64,000 nucleotides of DNA, from NCBI GenBank assembly GCA_963663475.2, contig CAXXJV010000001.1, positions 1,472,001 through 1,536,000 of the forward strand, in the 5' to 3' direction. Numbering within the stretch: the first letter of the stretch is position 1; each line of letters starts with the position of its first letter. Below, in pieces: positions 30,104 through 40,591 of the stretch. The position numbers and the translations under genes were made by a program. The notes under the pieces are model-generated. The model was not told the DNA's origin and did not search any database. It saw only the letters and a program-made list of their open reading frames with translations. This DNA comes from Candidatus Cloacimonadales bacterium. Its GTDB lineage: Bacteria; Cloacimonadota; Cloacimonadia; Cloacimonadales; JAFGVF01.

Positions 30104-32530
30104 ATGAAACAATATAGGTCCTTAATTCCATATCCTCAAAAACTGCAAGCTAAAGGGGAAAACTTCTTTTATTTTTCTAAAACAGCTATTGATGTTAAAA
30201 ATTCTGAACTAAAAGAACTAATTGAAAAAGAAGTAAGTCAGACTCCTCTTGCTAACTTGCAAGCACAAGTAACAAGCATTGATCTAGTTAATGATAATAG
30301 CTTAGTTAGTGATGAAGCATATATATTGAAAATAGCTCAAAATCAGATTATTTTCCATATCAAAAGTGAAAAAGGACTCTTTTATGGCTTGCAAACTCTC
30401 AAACAGTTAATTCGCTTTAACCATAATAAATTATACCCACTAGAAATTCAAGATTATCCTGCCTTTGAATGGCGGGGCTTACATCTAGATGTAGCTAGAC
30501 ATTTCTTCTCAATTACTGAAATCTATAGTCTTCTAGATAGAATGGCCGAGCTTAAACTAAACAGATTTCATTGGCATCTAAGTGATGATCAAGGGTGGAG
30601 AATAGAATCAAAACTATATCCTAAACTGCATGAGCAAGCTTCAATTAGGATTCAATCAGATAATAGTATTTATCAAGCCTATTATAAACAAGCAGAAATA
30701 AAGGATGTAATTGCTTATGCCCAATCGAAAATGATAATGGTAATTCCGGAAATAGACTTGCCAGGTCACACACAAGCAATAATATCTGCTTATCCTGATT
30801 TATCTTGTCACAAAAAGCACCTTCCTGTCTGGAACCAATGGGGTGTATCTGAAAATATTCTTTGTGTTTCAGATGTAAAGACACTTGCTTTTCTAGATTC
30901 TTTATTAAGTGAGATTATTCCTCTTTTCCCAGCTCCTTACTTTCACATTGGGGGAGATGAATGTCCTACTCGCCAATGGGAAAATTGCCCTAAGTGCCAA
31001 GCTAAACTTAAGGAAATTAATGCTAAATCATTTAGGTCCTTGCAAGGAGACTTTAATCAACACTTAGCTAGCATACTTCAGAAACACGATAAAATCATGA
31101 TAGGATGGGATGAAATAGCTGATGCTAAAGCTCCTGCAGGATCTATTTTAATGGGCTGGCGAGGTGATGGAAAAGAAGCTGTTAGGAAAGCGAATGAACA
31201 AGACTTAAAGTATATTTTGACTCCTAATCATCCGCTATATTTCGATTGGAAACAATCTGCTCAACCTCAAGAAGAAGGAGCCTTTGGTATTTCCTCACTT
31301 GCAGATGTTTATAATTATGATTATGCTAGCTTGAAGTCTGCTAAGATGTTAGGTATGCAGGGGAATATTTGGACTGAGAGAATTAACAGTCTTGCAAAAC
31401 TACAATATATGGCTTTTCCCAGAACAATTGCTTTAGCTGAAAGTTGCTGGACATCTAAGGAGAATAAAGACTATAATAGATTCCTGCTTTATCTAAAAAG
31501 ATTTTTAGCCTATTATGTGGAACTTAAACAGAATTATGCAAGTTATGAAATTGACAAGACTAGTAAATTTGAAAAAAAACAAATCATTTGCAGAGATAAT
31601 TTAGTATCTGACTTACCAGAGTTGAATGATGTATCTTCTATTTTCAATCCAGGAGCTATCAAGCTTAATGATATGTTTTATTTACTTTTGAGAGTGCAAA
31701 ATAGAGGAAGAGAAACTTTCTTAGTTAAAGCTCAAAGCTCTGATGGAATCAACTTTACTCTTGATGATAAACCTCTTACTATTCTAGGAATGGAGTCTAT
31801 AACTCAAGATATCAAACATATTTACGACCCCCGTATTACCCACATAGATGATATTTTGTATCTTGTCACTGCTGTAGATACAAGTCAGGCTTGTTATTTG
31901 GGCTTATTTACTAGCAAAGATTTAGAAAGCCTAGAATGGCATGGATTTATTTCTGAGCATGATAATAGAAATGGAGTAATCTTTCCAGAAAAGATTAAAG
32001 GACGTTATGCTCGTTTAGAACGACCTAATAAAGCTAGTCTAACAAATGGAACAAAAACAGGTTCTGCTATCTATATATCATATTCTGATGATTTACTTAA
32101 GTGGGATAGCCATGAAATTCTTATGCAAGGGAATCCCCATTATTGGGATGAGTTAATTGGTTCTGGACCAGTTCCTCTCAAGACTCGTCATGGCTGGTTG
32201 CATATTTATCATGGTGTTGCTACTCATTTCGCTTCCAGCAATATCTATCAAGCAGGTTTTTCCTTTCTAGATATTGCTAATCCAGCTAAGGTGATTTTTC
32301 GTTCTAAATATAATTTCTTAGAACCCAGAGAATATTACGAATGTTCAGGACAAGTTCCTAATGTCGTTTTTCCTACAGGGATTATTGCCCTTGAATATGA
32401 TGAAGAAGGCTATGTTAAAGATGATAGTGACCTCTATCTCTATTATGGCTGTGCTGATACTTCTGTCGGCCTTCTTAAAACAAATATGTCTTACTTTATT
32501 GAAAAGATGTTAATTGAAAAAGGAGTTTAA
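30104..32530 (+). CDS. GH20 beta-hexosaminidase fused to a GH130 mannoside phosphorylase/hydrolase
   Basis: GH20: RGLHLDVARHF, PEIDLPGH, HIGGDE, GWDEI. GH130 from about aa 485: IFNPGA, YDPRIT, DNRNGVIFPEKI, HIYHGV, GQVPNVVFP, YYGCADT. Confidence 0.9.
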   Translation: MKQYRSLIPYPQKLQAKGENFFYFSKTAIDVKNSELKELIEKEVSQTPLANLQAQVTSIDLVNDNSLVSDEAYILKIAQNQIIFHIKSEKGLFYGLQTLKQLIRFNHNKLYPLEIQDYPAFEWRGLHLDVARHFFSITEIYSLLDRMAELKLNRFHWHLSDDQGWRIESKLYPKLHEQASIRIQSDNSIYQAYYKQAEIKDVIAYAQSKMIMVIPEIDLPGHTQAIISAYPDLSCHKKHLPVWNQWGVSENILCVSDVKTLAFLDSLLSEIIPLFPAPYFHIGGDECPTRQWENCPKCQAKLKEINAKSFRSLQGDFNQHLASILQKHDKIMIGWDEIADAKAPAGSILMGWRGDGKEAVRKANEQDLKYILTPNHPLYFDWKQSAQPQEEGAFGISSLADVYNYDYASLKSAKMLGMQGNIWTERINSLAKLQYMAFPRTIALAESCWTSKENKDYNRFLLYLKRFLAYYVELKQNYASYEIDKTSKFEKKQIICRDNLVSDLPELNDVSSIFNPGAIKLNDMFYLLLRVQNRGRETFLVKAQSSDGINFTLDDKPLTILGMESITQDIKHIYDPRITHIDDILYLVTAVDTSQACYLGLFTSKDLESLEWHGFISEHDNRNGVIFPEKIKGRYARLERPNKASLTNGTKTGSAIYISYSDDLLKWDSHEILMQGNPHYWDELIGSGPVPLKTRHGWLHIYHGVATHFASSNIYQAGFSFLDIANPAKVIFRSKYNFLEPREYYECSGQVPNVVFPTGIIALEYDEEGYVKDDSDLYLYYGCADTSVGLLKTNMSYFIEKMLIEKGV

Positions 32531-32532
32531 TA

Positions 32533-33642
32533 ATGAAGAAATACTTACTACTTATTCTTAGCTTATCTACTTTATTGTCTGTGTCTGCTGAAAGAAAATT
32601 TCCCATACCTATGATTGATGATATTCCTCTTAATTATGTCTGCTATAAAAGTCCAGATAAACTTATTATAGATGGTAAATTAGATGATGAAGCTTGGCTT
32701 AAAGCTCAGTGGACAGAAGATTTTGTTGATATTCAAGGTTCTCTACGACCAGACCCCCCTTTTGTTACTAAGGCTAAGATGCTGTGGGATGATGATTTCT
32801 TCTATATTGCTGCTTATTTAGAAGAAAAAGACCTTTGGGCATCGATAACTAAAAGAGATGAGGTAATCTTTTGGGATAATGATTTTGAAGTCTTTATTGA
32901 CCCTGATGGTGATAGCCATGATTATTATGAACTTGAACTTAATGCTTTTAATACAGTTTGGGATTTATTAGTTATTAAACCTTATAGAGATAGAGGACAA
33001 GTAGCTTTCAATAGTTGGGATATAAAAGGCTTGAAAAGTGCAGTTAGTCTTCAGGGAAGCCTTAATGACCCTTCTGACAAGGATGAATACTGGTCAGTAG
33101 AAATAGCTATTCCTTGGCAATCACTTGCTGAAGCTGCCCATAAAGAAACTCCTCCGCTTGATAATGATATCTGGAAGGTTAATTTCTCTAGAGTTCATTG
33201 GCAATTAGAAAAAACTGACACTGGCTACATAAAGAAGATTAATCCTGAAACAGGAAGGCATTATCCAGAAATGAATATTGTTTGGTCTCCCCAAGGCCTC
33301 ATTGCCATGCATTATCCAGAAATGTGGGGTAATGTCATGTTTAGCCACCAAGAAGTAGGTAAGGGTAAAGTAGATTTTATACCCGATGATTTACAAGCTG
33401 AAAAAAGCTATTTAAGACAAGTTTATTATCATCAAAAAGAGTATTTTCTCCAGAATGGAGTCTATGCAAATGAGTTATCACTATTGAAACTAAAAGAGCC
33501 TAATTTCAAGGATTATCAGAAGAAATTACAAGTCTATACTTCTCCTAATACCTTTCATTTGATTCTAAAAAGTAAGAATGCTAAAACTGATTTGCATATC
33601 TTCCAAGATGGTAGATTGTTGGAGAAAATTGATTTTCATTAG
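32533..33642 (+). CDS. Exported carbohydrate-binding family 9-like protein
   Basis: Signal peptide; IIDGKLDDEAW, MLWDDDFFYIA, DNDFEVFIDPDGD and WSVEIAIPW motifs. Confidence 0.85.
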   Translation: MKKYLLLILSLSTLLSVSAERKFPIPMIDDIPLNYVCYKSPDKLIIDGKLDDEAWLKAQWTEDFVDIQGSLRPDPPFVTKAKMLWDDDFFYIAAYLEEKDLWASITKRDEVIFWDNDFEVFIDPDGDSHDYYELELNAFNTVWDLLVIKPYRDRGQVAFNSWDIKGLKSAVSLQGSLNDPSDKDEYWSVEIAIPWQSLAEAAHKETPPLDNDIWKVNFSRVHWQLEKTDTGYIKKINPETGRHYPEMNIVWSPQGLIAMHYPEMWGNVMFSHQEVGKGKVDFIPDDLQAEKSYLRQVYYHQKEYFLQNGVYANELSLLKLKEPNFKDYQKKLQVYTSPNTFHLILKSKNAKTDLHIFQDGRLLEKIDFH

Positions 33643-33677
33643 ATTTAACCTAATCTCTACTGAACCATTGGCGATAA

Positions 33678-33710
33678 AGAAAAGCTCCGAAAGGGGCTCG
33701 GAGCTTTTCT
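33678..33710. terminator. Terminator hairpin between convergent genes (paralogous hairpin at 36136-36166)
   Basis: AGAAAAGCTCCGA-aaggggc-TCGGAGCTTTTCT, 13-bp stem. Confidence 0.8.
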
Positions 33711-33735
33711 AGCATTTGGATTTGCTTTTATTGGA

Positions 33736-36060
33736 CTATTTCATAAGGATCATTTTGTTGCTTTTACTGTAATCATCAGTAATTAACTTATATAGGTAGA
33801 TTCCAGATGAAACTTGATTGTTATTGTTATCTCTGCCATTCCATACAACATTTAATCTTGTGTTTGCAGTCTCAACTTGCTTGTTAAGAAGTGTCTTTAC
33901 TAACTGACCTCTCATGTTATATACTTCTAATCTTACATGTTGAGCTTGAGAGATTGAATAAGAAATAGTAGTTTCAGGGTTGAAAGGATTTGGATAGTTT
34001 CCGTAAAGTTCTGTTCCCAGGATAACATCATTTATATCATGGTCTTCTTCATCTGATATTTTGATAGTAACAGGACCGAACATCTGGCTTGTGCCATCAA
34101 AATCAGTAGATTGTAGCCAGTAGTTATAAGTGGTATTCATCTCAACTTCATCATCAAGATACGAATAAAAAGAACCCATAGCTTGGTTAGAAGCAGTTAT
34201 CATTGTAGCTGTAACTCTTAATGCATCATCTTGATTCTCATTCTCTGATCTATAAATATTATAGCCTAGGAGATTTGATTCAGAAGCTGTTTCCCAAGAG
34301 ATTTGTGCAAAATTATCTGCTGTTGCAATAGCATTGAAGGATGAGAGCTCAACAGGGAGGGTAAAATCTTCTCCATCGTTCATAAATATGAAAACTTCGC
34401 TATCTTTAGCAGTAAAATCAACACCTTGGAAAGTAAATGTTCTATCAACATCAGTTTCTGCTATGAAAGCTGGATCAGCTGTATGCCATGCTCCACCATA
34501 ATAGATTCTTGCATACCAAGAACCAGCCGGAGCAGTAACTTGCACATCAATATCATTATCATAACCAGTTAAACCTATTACTTTTTTATTACCTAAATTT
34601 TCATAATTTGGTAATGAAGTAATTATTGGATTATTAGCATTTATATTATGATTATAATAAAGATTTACATTTGGTTGTATTGTTACACCATCTATTATAG
34701 TTCCTTCATTTTCAGGGAAATCTGGTAAGTTTTCTATTTTCATATTATCAATACAAACTGAACCACGAGATCTACCTAATGTTACACCCCTGATTATGAT
34801 ATATTTTGCTGTACCGAGACCTACTCCATATTGTGATAAATCAAAAGAATAATTATACCAACCAACTGATGCTTCAACAGGAGCTAGATTATACTGAAGT
34901 TTTACTGTGCCTACTAAGGTAGCATTTTCTATAGAGCTAGTATTATTAACATATACAGATACTAAATCATTATATGCACTACCACCAATCCTATATACCC
35001 ATAATGAAAGAGAATAATTCAAACCTGGAAACATGATTGGATTAGTTATCAAATCTGCAGTATAATTAGCCGACATTTGATCTCTTCTTATAATTGCCAT
35101 TCCACTGCCTTCATGTGGTGTCGCTCCATTGTTTGATGTTGCGGATATATTCCAATTACCCCACACAGAGACAGGATTAGCTGTCCAACCCTCAGGAAAT
35201 TGGTCATCGAAATTTGCTACTATAGGGAATTCAACATTACCAGAACTAAAGAGATTTGCTGTTAAACCTGCATCATAATTTAATGAAGCATCACATGCCC
35301 AAGCTTTATAAAAATACTGGGTAGATTCTGAAACATTTTCATGGAGAAATTGACCAGCATTTCCAAAATAAATAATTTCTGCAGAACCTAACATATCGCC
35401 AGCTGTATAAGTACTACCATTAAGAGGTTGAGTAAAATCATCTACAGAATTTGTAGCTATTAGAACATTACCAGGTGTGTTATTGTTGACCCAACTCAAT
35501 GAGATTTCTCCGATATCTTCATTTTGGGCACTAAATTCTACAAAATCAAACTCATCTGAATAATGAACTGTTACCTTGAAAGTATTGTTAACTACATATG
35601 AATAACCAGGAAGATTAGGATTCTGCCCACTTAAATCAAAACAGTGTAATTCAAAGTTAATATTACCACCTCCAAAGAAAGAATTAGCAAGATCTAAGCC
35701 AGTTCTTGAATAATGAATTGTTACTGGTGAATTTTGATAAGCTACCGAAGCCATTGATGATTCATAGCTTCCGTTATACCCTCCAGTACTTGTACATTTT
35801 AGATATGACCTTGGTGATGCACAATCATAAGCACCGAAAGAATGAATATCGTACTCTACATCTATTGAAGTGATTCTAGCCCCTATAGGAAGGTTAATTG
35901 TTAAGGGAAGCGCATTTTGCGAATTTGCTGGTGGTTGGGGATCTTCCATCTGATAAGTTAAAGTAACATTTCCTCCAGAGTAAGTTGCACTAGCTGAGTT
36001 TTGTCCTAAAGCAAATGTTACAAGTGATAATAAAATTAATATAAATAAAATTTTCTTCAT
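33736..36060 (-). CDS. Secreted beta-sandwich/adhesin-like protein with TLPVELSSF and FlgD-Ig/T9SS-like C-terminal domain
   Basis: Signal peptide MKKILFIL (ATG 36060, GGAG RBS); FN3-like and cleaved-adhesin-like region; C-terminus NYPNPFNPETTI..SSGIYLYKL..KMILMK. Confidence 0.8.
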   Translation of the reverse strand: MKKILFILILLSLVTFALGQNSASATYSGGNVTLTYQMEDPQPPANSQNALPLTINLPIGARITSIDVEYDIHSFGAYDCASPRSYLKCTSTGGYNGSYESSMASVAYQNSPVTIHYSRTGLDLANSFFGGGNINFELHCFDLSGQNPNLPGYSYVVNNTFKVTVHYSDEFDFVEFSAQNEDIGEISLSWVNNNTPGNVLIATNSVDDFTQPLNGSTYTAGDMLGSAEIIYFGNAGQFLHENVSESTQYFYKAWACDASLNYDAGLTANLFSSGNVEFPIVANFDDQFPEGWTANPVSVWGNWNISATSNNGATPHEGSGMAIIRRDQMSANYTADLITNPIMFPGLNYSLSLWVYRIGGSAYNDLVSVYVNNTSSIENATLVGTVKLQYNLAPVEASVGWYNYSFDLSQYGVGLGTAKYIIIRGVTLGRSRGSVCIDNMKIENLPDFPENEGTIIDGVTIQPNVNLYYNHNINANNPIITSLPNYENLGNKKVIGLTGYDNDIDVQVTAPAGSWYARIYYGGAWHTADPAFIAETDVDRTFTFQGVDFTAKDSEVFIFMNDGEDFTLPVELSSFNAIATADNFAQISWETASESNLLGYNIYRSENENQDDALRVTATMITASNQAMGSFYSYLDDEVEMNTTYNYWLQSTDFDGTSQMFGPVTIKISDEEDHDINDVILGTELYGNYPNPFNPETTISYSISQAQHVRLEVYNMRGQLVKTLLNKQVETANTRLNVVWNGRDNNNNQVSSGIYLYKLITDDYSKSNKMILMK

Positions 36061-36135
36061 AATTTTCTCCTTTTTTTTAATTTTCAAATAAAATACATAA
36101 GAAATAAATTTAGCATTAAAAACAATTAACCAGAA

Positions 36136-36166
36136 AAGAAAGCTCCGAAAGCTCGGAGCATTTCTT
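36136..36166 (-). terminator. Terminator hairpin, duplicated with the gene 3' end
   Basis: AAGAAAGCTCCGA-aagc-TCGGAGCATTTCTT. Confidence 0.65.
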
Positions 36167-36189
36167 CATTTGGATTTGCTTTTATTGGA

Positions 36190-38721
36190 CTATTTCATAA
36201 GAATCATTTTGTTGGTTTTACTGTAATCATCAGTAATTAACTTATATAGGTAGATTCCAGATGAAACTTGATTATTATTGTTATCTTTACCATTCCATAC
36301 AACATTTAATTTTGTGTTTGCAGTCTCAACTTGCTTGTTAAGTAGAGTCTTAACTAACTGACCTCTCATGTTATATACTTCTAATCTTACATGTTGAGCT
36401 TGAGAGATTGAATAAGAAATAGTAGTTTCAGGGTTGAAAGGATTTGGATAGTTGCCATAAAGCTCAGTTCTCAAAATGGCATTATCAATATCATGATCAT
36501 CTTGGTCTGAAATCTTTACAGTAACTGGACCAAACATCTGGCTTGTTCCATCAAAGTCATTTGATTGTAACCAGTAGTTATAAGTGGTATTCATTTCAAC
36601 TTCATCATCAGTATAAGAGTAGCTAGCACCCATAGCTTGATTAGATGCTGTTATCATAGTAGCAGTTACTCTTAAAGCATCTTCTTGATTCTCAGTCTCT
36701 GACCTATAAATATTATAGCCTAAAAGATTTGATTCAGAAGCTGTTTCCCAAGAGATTTGAGCAAAGTTATCAGCTGTGGCAATAGCATTGAAAGATGAGA
36801 GTTCTACTGGGAGGGTAAAGTCAGCATTATTTGTTATTACGATGTCTTTGTCTCCTTTTGAACCATCATAGTTGTAAAGAATATATAGCCTACCTTCCAT
36901 AACTATCCAGACATCCACTACTGAAGAACCGTCATACAGATCTAATTCAGTCCCACCAATATATACATGAGAAATTTCAGCTAACTCAGGATAATAGATT
37001 TGAATATTATAAAATCCTATCATATCAAAGTTATAAGTAAATGCAGCTATTGGTTGATATGCAAAACCCTCTGTTGGTAGGTTTTCTAAAATGACAGGAA
37101 CATGAGGAGTTGCATTATCTGGAATATCAATAATTATTCTCTCTATAGGGTTACTTTCATTAGGTTCTTCTGGTTGAATTCCTGCATTTGTTGTAAATAT
37201 ATATTCCTGTGGATCTGTAGTAGGATATGATTTTACATCATTTATTTTGTAATAAGGGGTAACAGTCCATCTTACTGTAGCTGAATAAGGAAGTTCTCCA
37301 CCAGGAAGACCAGTAAAGGAGAAAACTACACGAGATTCTTCATTTTCTACATTTCCAATGATAGTTTCGATTTCTGTTTCAACTTGAATAGTAACTCTAA
37401 CATCATATCCTCTAGTGTAACCAACTACTTGAGGAATAGCATCCCAAGATAGAGAAACATCTGTTGCTTCATTCCTTTGTCCGTCTGTAGGCAATATATT
37501 TAATATAACATGAGGAACTTCGATACTTTCATTAAAGGCATCTTCTAAATTAGTTAAATAAGGGAAACCATCATTGATTTCACTATTTAATGTCCAATAA
37601 TCATTTTCTCCATTAGCACTTTCATCAACAAAATCCCAATCTGAGTCTATAAAGGTAGCTAGAGTTTGTAACTCTTCAGTAGTTTTACCTGTAGCTATAG
37701 GTGAAGTTGCTACACCAGCTGTAGTAGAATTCCAGAAAGAATTTGTGCAAGTTGTAGAAGTTGCAGAGCTTGTGAAAGCTCCAACAGAGCTTTCTATATA
37801 TGTGATTGAACCAAGACTATAACAGTTATCAACAATTACTCTATTAAACTTTCCTGAAAAAGATCCAATTATTTTAGTTCCTTGTACATTTCCTGAAGCA
37901 TAGCAGTTATTTATTGTAAGACGATTTGAAGTATTGGTACCATACATATTACCTCCAAACGCTCCTACAGACTCATATCCACTTACATCTCCAGTTGCAA
38001 AACATTCACTAATAGAAGTCATTTGATAAGCATATCCAACTAAACCGCCGGAATTGGCTCCTGTATTTTGAACATCACCTGTAGCATAACTCTTGGTTAA
38101 AGTAGTGTTTGTTTTGCTATATCCAATCAGACCACCTACAGATGTTGTTCCATTTACAGAACATTCGGAAAAAGTATTTTCTACACTTGTATTAGTAACA
38201 ATATATCCAATCAGTCCACCAACATAGAGTGTTCCTGTAACAGAACCAGTAGAATAACAATTCTCAATGCTACTTGAATTTATTGCTTCTCCTACAAGGG
38301 CACCAGTACAATAAGTTCCTGTTATTTGGCAATCTTTCAATCCAAGATTTTTTATAGTAGCATTATCGCATTTTCCAAACAATGCTTGATTGCCAGAAGA
38401 CCTAGAGATAAAGAGGTTAGATATAAATTTATTGTTACCATCATATATTCCTAGAAAATTGGCAATAGGATTATAGCCTGCCCCATCATTTAAAGTGGAA
38501 GAATCAGAAGCATCGATGTTTCCAGTTTGCTGGATATAAGTTCCGGAAGCCCAATAAGAGGGATTTGAAGATAGGGTAACCAGGTCAGCAAAATCTTCTA
38601 CTAAATAAGGGTTGTCTGAAGTTCCATTTCCACTAAGACCAGTTGGTGGAAGATATTTGTCTAAAGCAAAAAGTGACATAGATAAAACAACTAACAAAAG
38701 TGATAAGATAAGTTTTTTCAT
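36190..38721 (-). CDS. Secreted GLUG-repeat protein with TLPVELSSF and FlgD-Ig/T9SS-like C-terminal domain
   Basis: Signal peptide MKKLILSL (ATG 38721, GGAG RBS); GNGTSDNPY motif and repeated VGGLIG/SGGLVG GLUG motifs; same C-terminal 210 aa as its neighbour. Confidence 0.85.
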   Translation of the reverse strand: MKKLILSLLLVVLSMSLFALDKYLPPTGLSGNGTSDNPYLVEDFADLVTLSSNPSYWASGTYIQQTGNIDASDSSTLNDGAGYNPIANFLGIYDGNNKFISNLFISRSSGNQALFGKCDNATIKNLGLKDCQITGTYCTGALVGEAINSSSIENCYSTGSVTGTLYVGGLIGYIVTNTSVENTFSECSVNGTTSVGGLIGYSKTNTTLTKSYATGDVQNTGANSGGLVGYAYQMTSISECFATGDVSGYESVGAFGGNMYGTNTSNRLTINNCYASGNVQGTKIIGSFSGKFNRVIVDNCYSLGSITYIESSVGAFTSSATSTTCTNSFWNSTTAGVATSPIATGKTTEELQTLATFIDSDWDFVDESANGENDYWTLNSEINDGFPYLTNLEDAFNESIEVPHVILNILPTDGQRNEATDVSLSWDAIPQVVGYTRGYDVRVTIQVETEIETIIGNVENEESRVVFSFTGLPGGELPYSATVRWTVTPYYKINDVKSYPTTDPQEYIFTTNAGIQPEEPNESNPIERIIIDIPDNATPHVPVILENLPTEGFAYQPIAAFTYNFDMIGFYNIQIYYPELAEISHVYIGGTELDLYDGSSVVDVWIVMEGRLYILYNYDGSKGDKDIVITNNADFTLPVELSSFNAIATADNFAQISWETASESNLLGYNIYRSETENQEDALRVTATMITASNQAMGASYSYTDDEVEMNTTYNYWLQSNDFDGTSQMFGPVTVKISDQDDHDIDNAILRTELYGNYPNPFNPETTISYSISQAQHVRLEVYNMRGQLVKTLLNKQVETANTKLNVVWNGKDNNNNQVSSGIYLYKLITDDYSKTNKMILMK

Positions 38722-38782
38722 TTTTTCTCCTTTTCTTTTTTTTAAAATTTTTAAAAACAAAATCCTTTCACTGATATATAAT

Positions 38783-38799
38783 AGCATTATTGCTTCCAA
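38783..38799 (-). promoter_or_regulatory. Putative sigma54 (-24/-12) promoter
   Basis: Minus strand reads TTGGAAGCAATAATGCT (GG-N10-GC), about 60 bp upstream of ATG 38721. Confidence 0.5.
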
Positions 38800-38906
38800 A
38801 AATACCTCCTAAAGGCATATAGTTTGTAACTTATTGTTAGATTGGTAAATATAATAAAAAGCATATATCGCTGAAATGAATTAATTTCTCAAGAAAACTA
38901 AGTAAA

Positions 38907-38944
38907 GTGCGAAATCGCAATTCGAAATCGCACTCAGTGCGATA
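38907..38944. promoter_or_regulatory. Putative enhancer (UAS) for a sigma54 activator
   Basis: GC-rich patch gtgcgaaatcgcaattcgaaatcgcactcagtgcgata containing TGCGA-aa-TCGCA, TTCGA-aa-TCGCA and TCGCAC-tca-GTGCGA. Confidence 0.5.
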
Positions 38945-39334
38945 CCGCCATGTTGACAAATGTAAATGAATTTTTATTTATATTTTAATATTTATATTTC
39001 CATTAAAAGATATGTAATTATGAGGTTACTTCTGTTAAAGCTCCTAGACGGCTGTCTCTTTTTACTAGATTTAAGTTATATCGAATGCATTAGGGAAAAT
39101 AGCTTTGTCTAAGAACTCTCCCAAGCTTAATTAGCTCTTGATTCTATGACCATCTTAAGAGTTAAAAGGGGAAATATTAGATAGGGTGTCTATAAAATCA
39201 ATAAAATATTATTTAAAAATAAAGAATATTTTTTAATAATTCTCTCAGAAAAAGCATTAAAATTGCTTTTAGAAAGATAAATCTATCATAATAAATCCTT
39301 TATTAATGAGGTTTAAACAGATGCAAATAAATAT

Positions 39335-39380
39335 TTATCGATTTATCTTGACATAAAATATCGATATTCAAATATCGTAA
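39335..39380 (+). promoter_or_regulatory. kal operon promoter with palindromic operator
   Basis: TTGACA (39348-39353); perfect palindrome AATATCGATATT (39357-39368); related TATCG sites at 39336 and 39373. Confidence 0.5.
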
Positions 39381-39409
39381 CTATAAGAAAGATAATTACG
39401 GAGGAAAAG

Positions 39410-39811
39410 ATGGAGACATGTGTAATTAGACTTAGAATGAGTCAGGCAGATGCCCATTATGGTGGTAATTTAGTTGATGGCGCTAAAATGTTGCAACTCT
39501 TTGGAGATGTAGCTACAGAGTTGTTAATTCGTAATGATGGAGACGAAGGTCTTTTTGCAGGATATGATTCAACCCAATTCTTAGCACCAGTTTATGCAGG
39601 TGATTATATTGAGGCTTGTGGTAAGATAATTAATGTGGGTAATTCTTCACGCAGAATGGAATTTGAAGCTAGAAAAGTAATTGTTTCCAAGCCTGAGATT
39701 AGTGATTCTGCTGCAGAAATTTTAGAGGAGCCAATAGTAGTCTGCCGAGCAGTAGGTACTTGTGTTGTTCCAAAAGATAAGCAAAGATTCAAGAATAAAC
39801 AGTCTGCCTAG
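39410..39811 (+). CDS. kal: 3-aminobutyryl-CoA ammonia-lyase (hotdog fold)
   Basis: [37 protein letters not shown] is the Kal signature; precedes crotonyl-CoA genes. Confidence 0.9.
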   Translation: METCVIRLRMSQADAHYGGNLVDGAKMLQLFGDVATELLIRNDGDEGLFAGYDSTQFLAPVYAGDYIEACGKIINVGNSSRRMEFEARKVIVSKPEISDSAAEILEEPIVVCRAVGTCVVPKDKQRFKNKQSA

Positions 39812-39818
39812 GTGACCT

Positions 39819-40583
39819 ATGCAAGAAATTCTATTTGAGAAGAGTGGATATGTCGGCAAGCTTGTACTTAATAGACCTCAAGCTTTAAATGCTTTAAACA
39901 CCAGTATGCTAAGAGAATTGAATGAAATTCTTACTTCAATTGAGTCTGATAAAGACTTACGAGTACTAGTTATTAGTGGAAGTGGGCGTTCATTTGTCGC
40001 AGGTGCTGATATAAAAGAAATGCAAGCTTACGATTCACTTGAAGCAAGGGAGTATGCTGAATTAGGCTTAAAGACTATGAAGCGGATAGAAGATTTAGCG
40101 ATACCGGTTATTGCTAGTGTAAATGGTTTTGCTTTAGGTGGTGGTTGTGAATTAGCTCTTGCCTGTGAGATAAGGTACGCTTCAGAATCAGCTAAGTTTG
40201 GTCAGCCAGAGGTTGGCTTAGGTATTATACCTGGTTTTGGAGGAAGTCAAAGACTTGCCCGTTTAGTTGGCTTAGCTCAAGCAAAAGAATTAATTTATAC
40301 AGGCAAAGTAATAGACTCACAAGAAGCTTTAAGAATAGGCTTAGTAAATAGGGTCTTTAAGAATGAAGAATTAGAATCTGAAAGCATGAAGTTAGCAGAT
40401 TCAATTGCTAAACAATCAACTTCAGCAGTAAGGTATGCTAAAATTGCAATTAATAGTGGTATTGATGCAGCTTTAGCTAACTCATTTGAATATGAGAAAA
40501 ATCTATTTTCACTCTCTTTCTCTACACAAGACCAAAAAAAGGGTATGCAAGCATTTGTAGAGAAAAGGAAAGCAATATTTTAG
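39819..40583 (+). CDS. crt: Enoyl-CoA hydratase (crotonase)
   Basis: [24 protein letters not shown] and [16 protein letters not shown] motifs. Confidence 0.9.
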   Translation: MQEILFEKSGYVGKLVLNRPQALNALNTSMLRELNEILTSIESDKDLRVLVISGSGRSFVAGADIKEMQAYDSLEAREYAELGLKTMKRIEDLAIPVIASVNGFALGGGCELALACEIRYASESAKFGQPEVGLGIIPGFGGSQRLARLVGLAQAKELIYTGKVIDSQEALRIGLVNRVFKNEELESESMKLADSIAKQSTSAVRYAKIAINSGIDAALANSFEYEKNLFSLSFSTQDQKKGMQAFVEKRKAIF

Positions 40584-40591
40584 GAGAAGTA

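Noticed and set aside
33736-36822. Duplicated 3' gene segments as a diversity-generating retroelement TR/VR pair
   Set aside because: Both copies are coding, differences are mostly synonymous and not adenine-specific, and there is no reverse transcriptase in the window.
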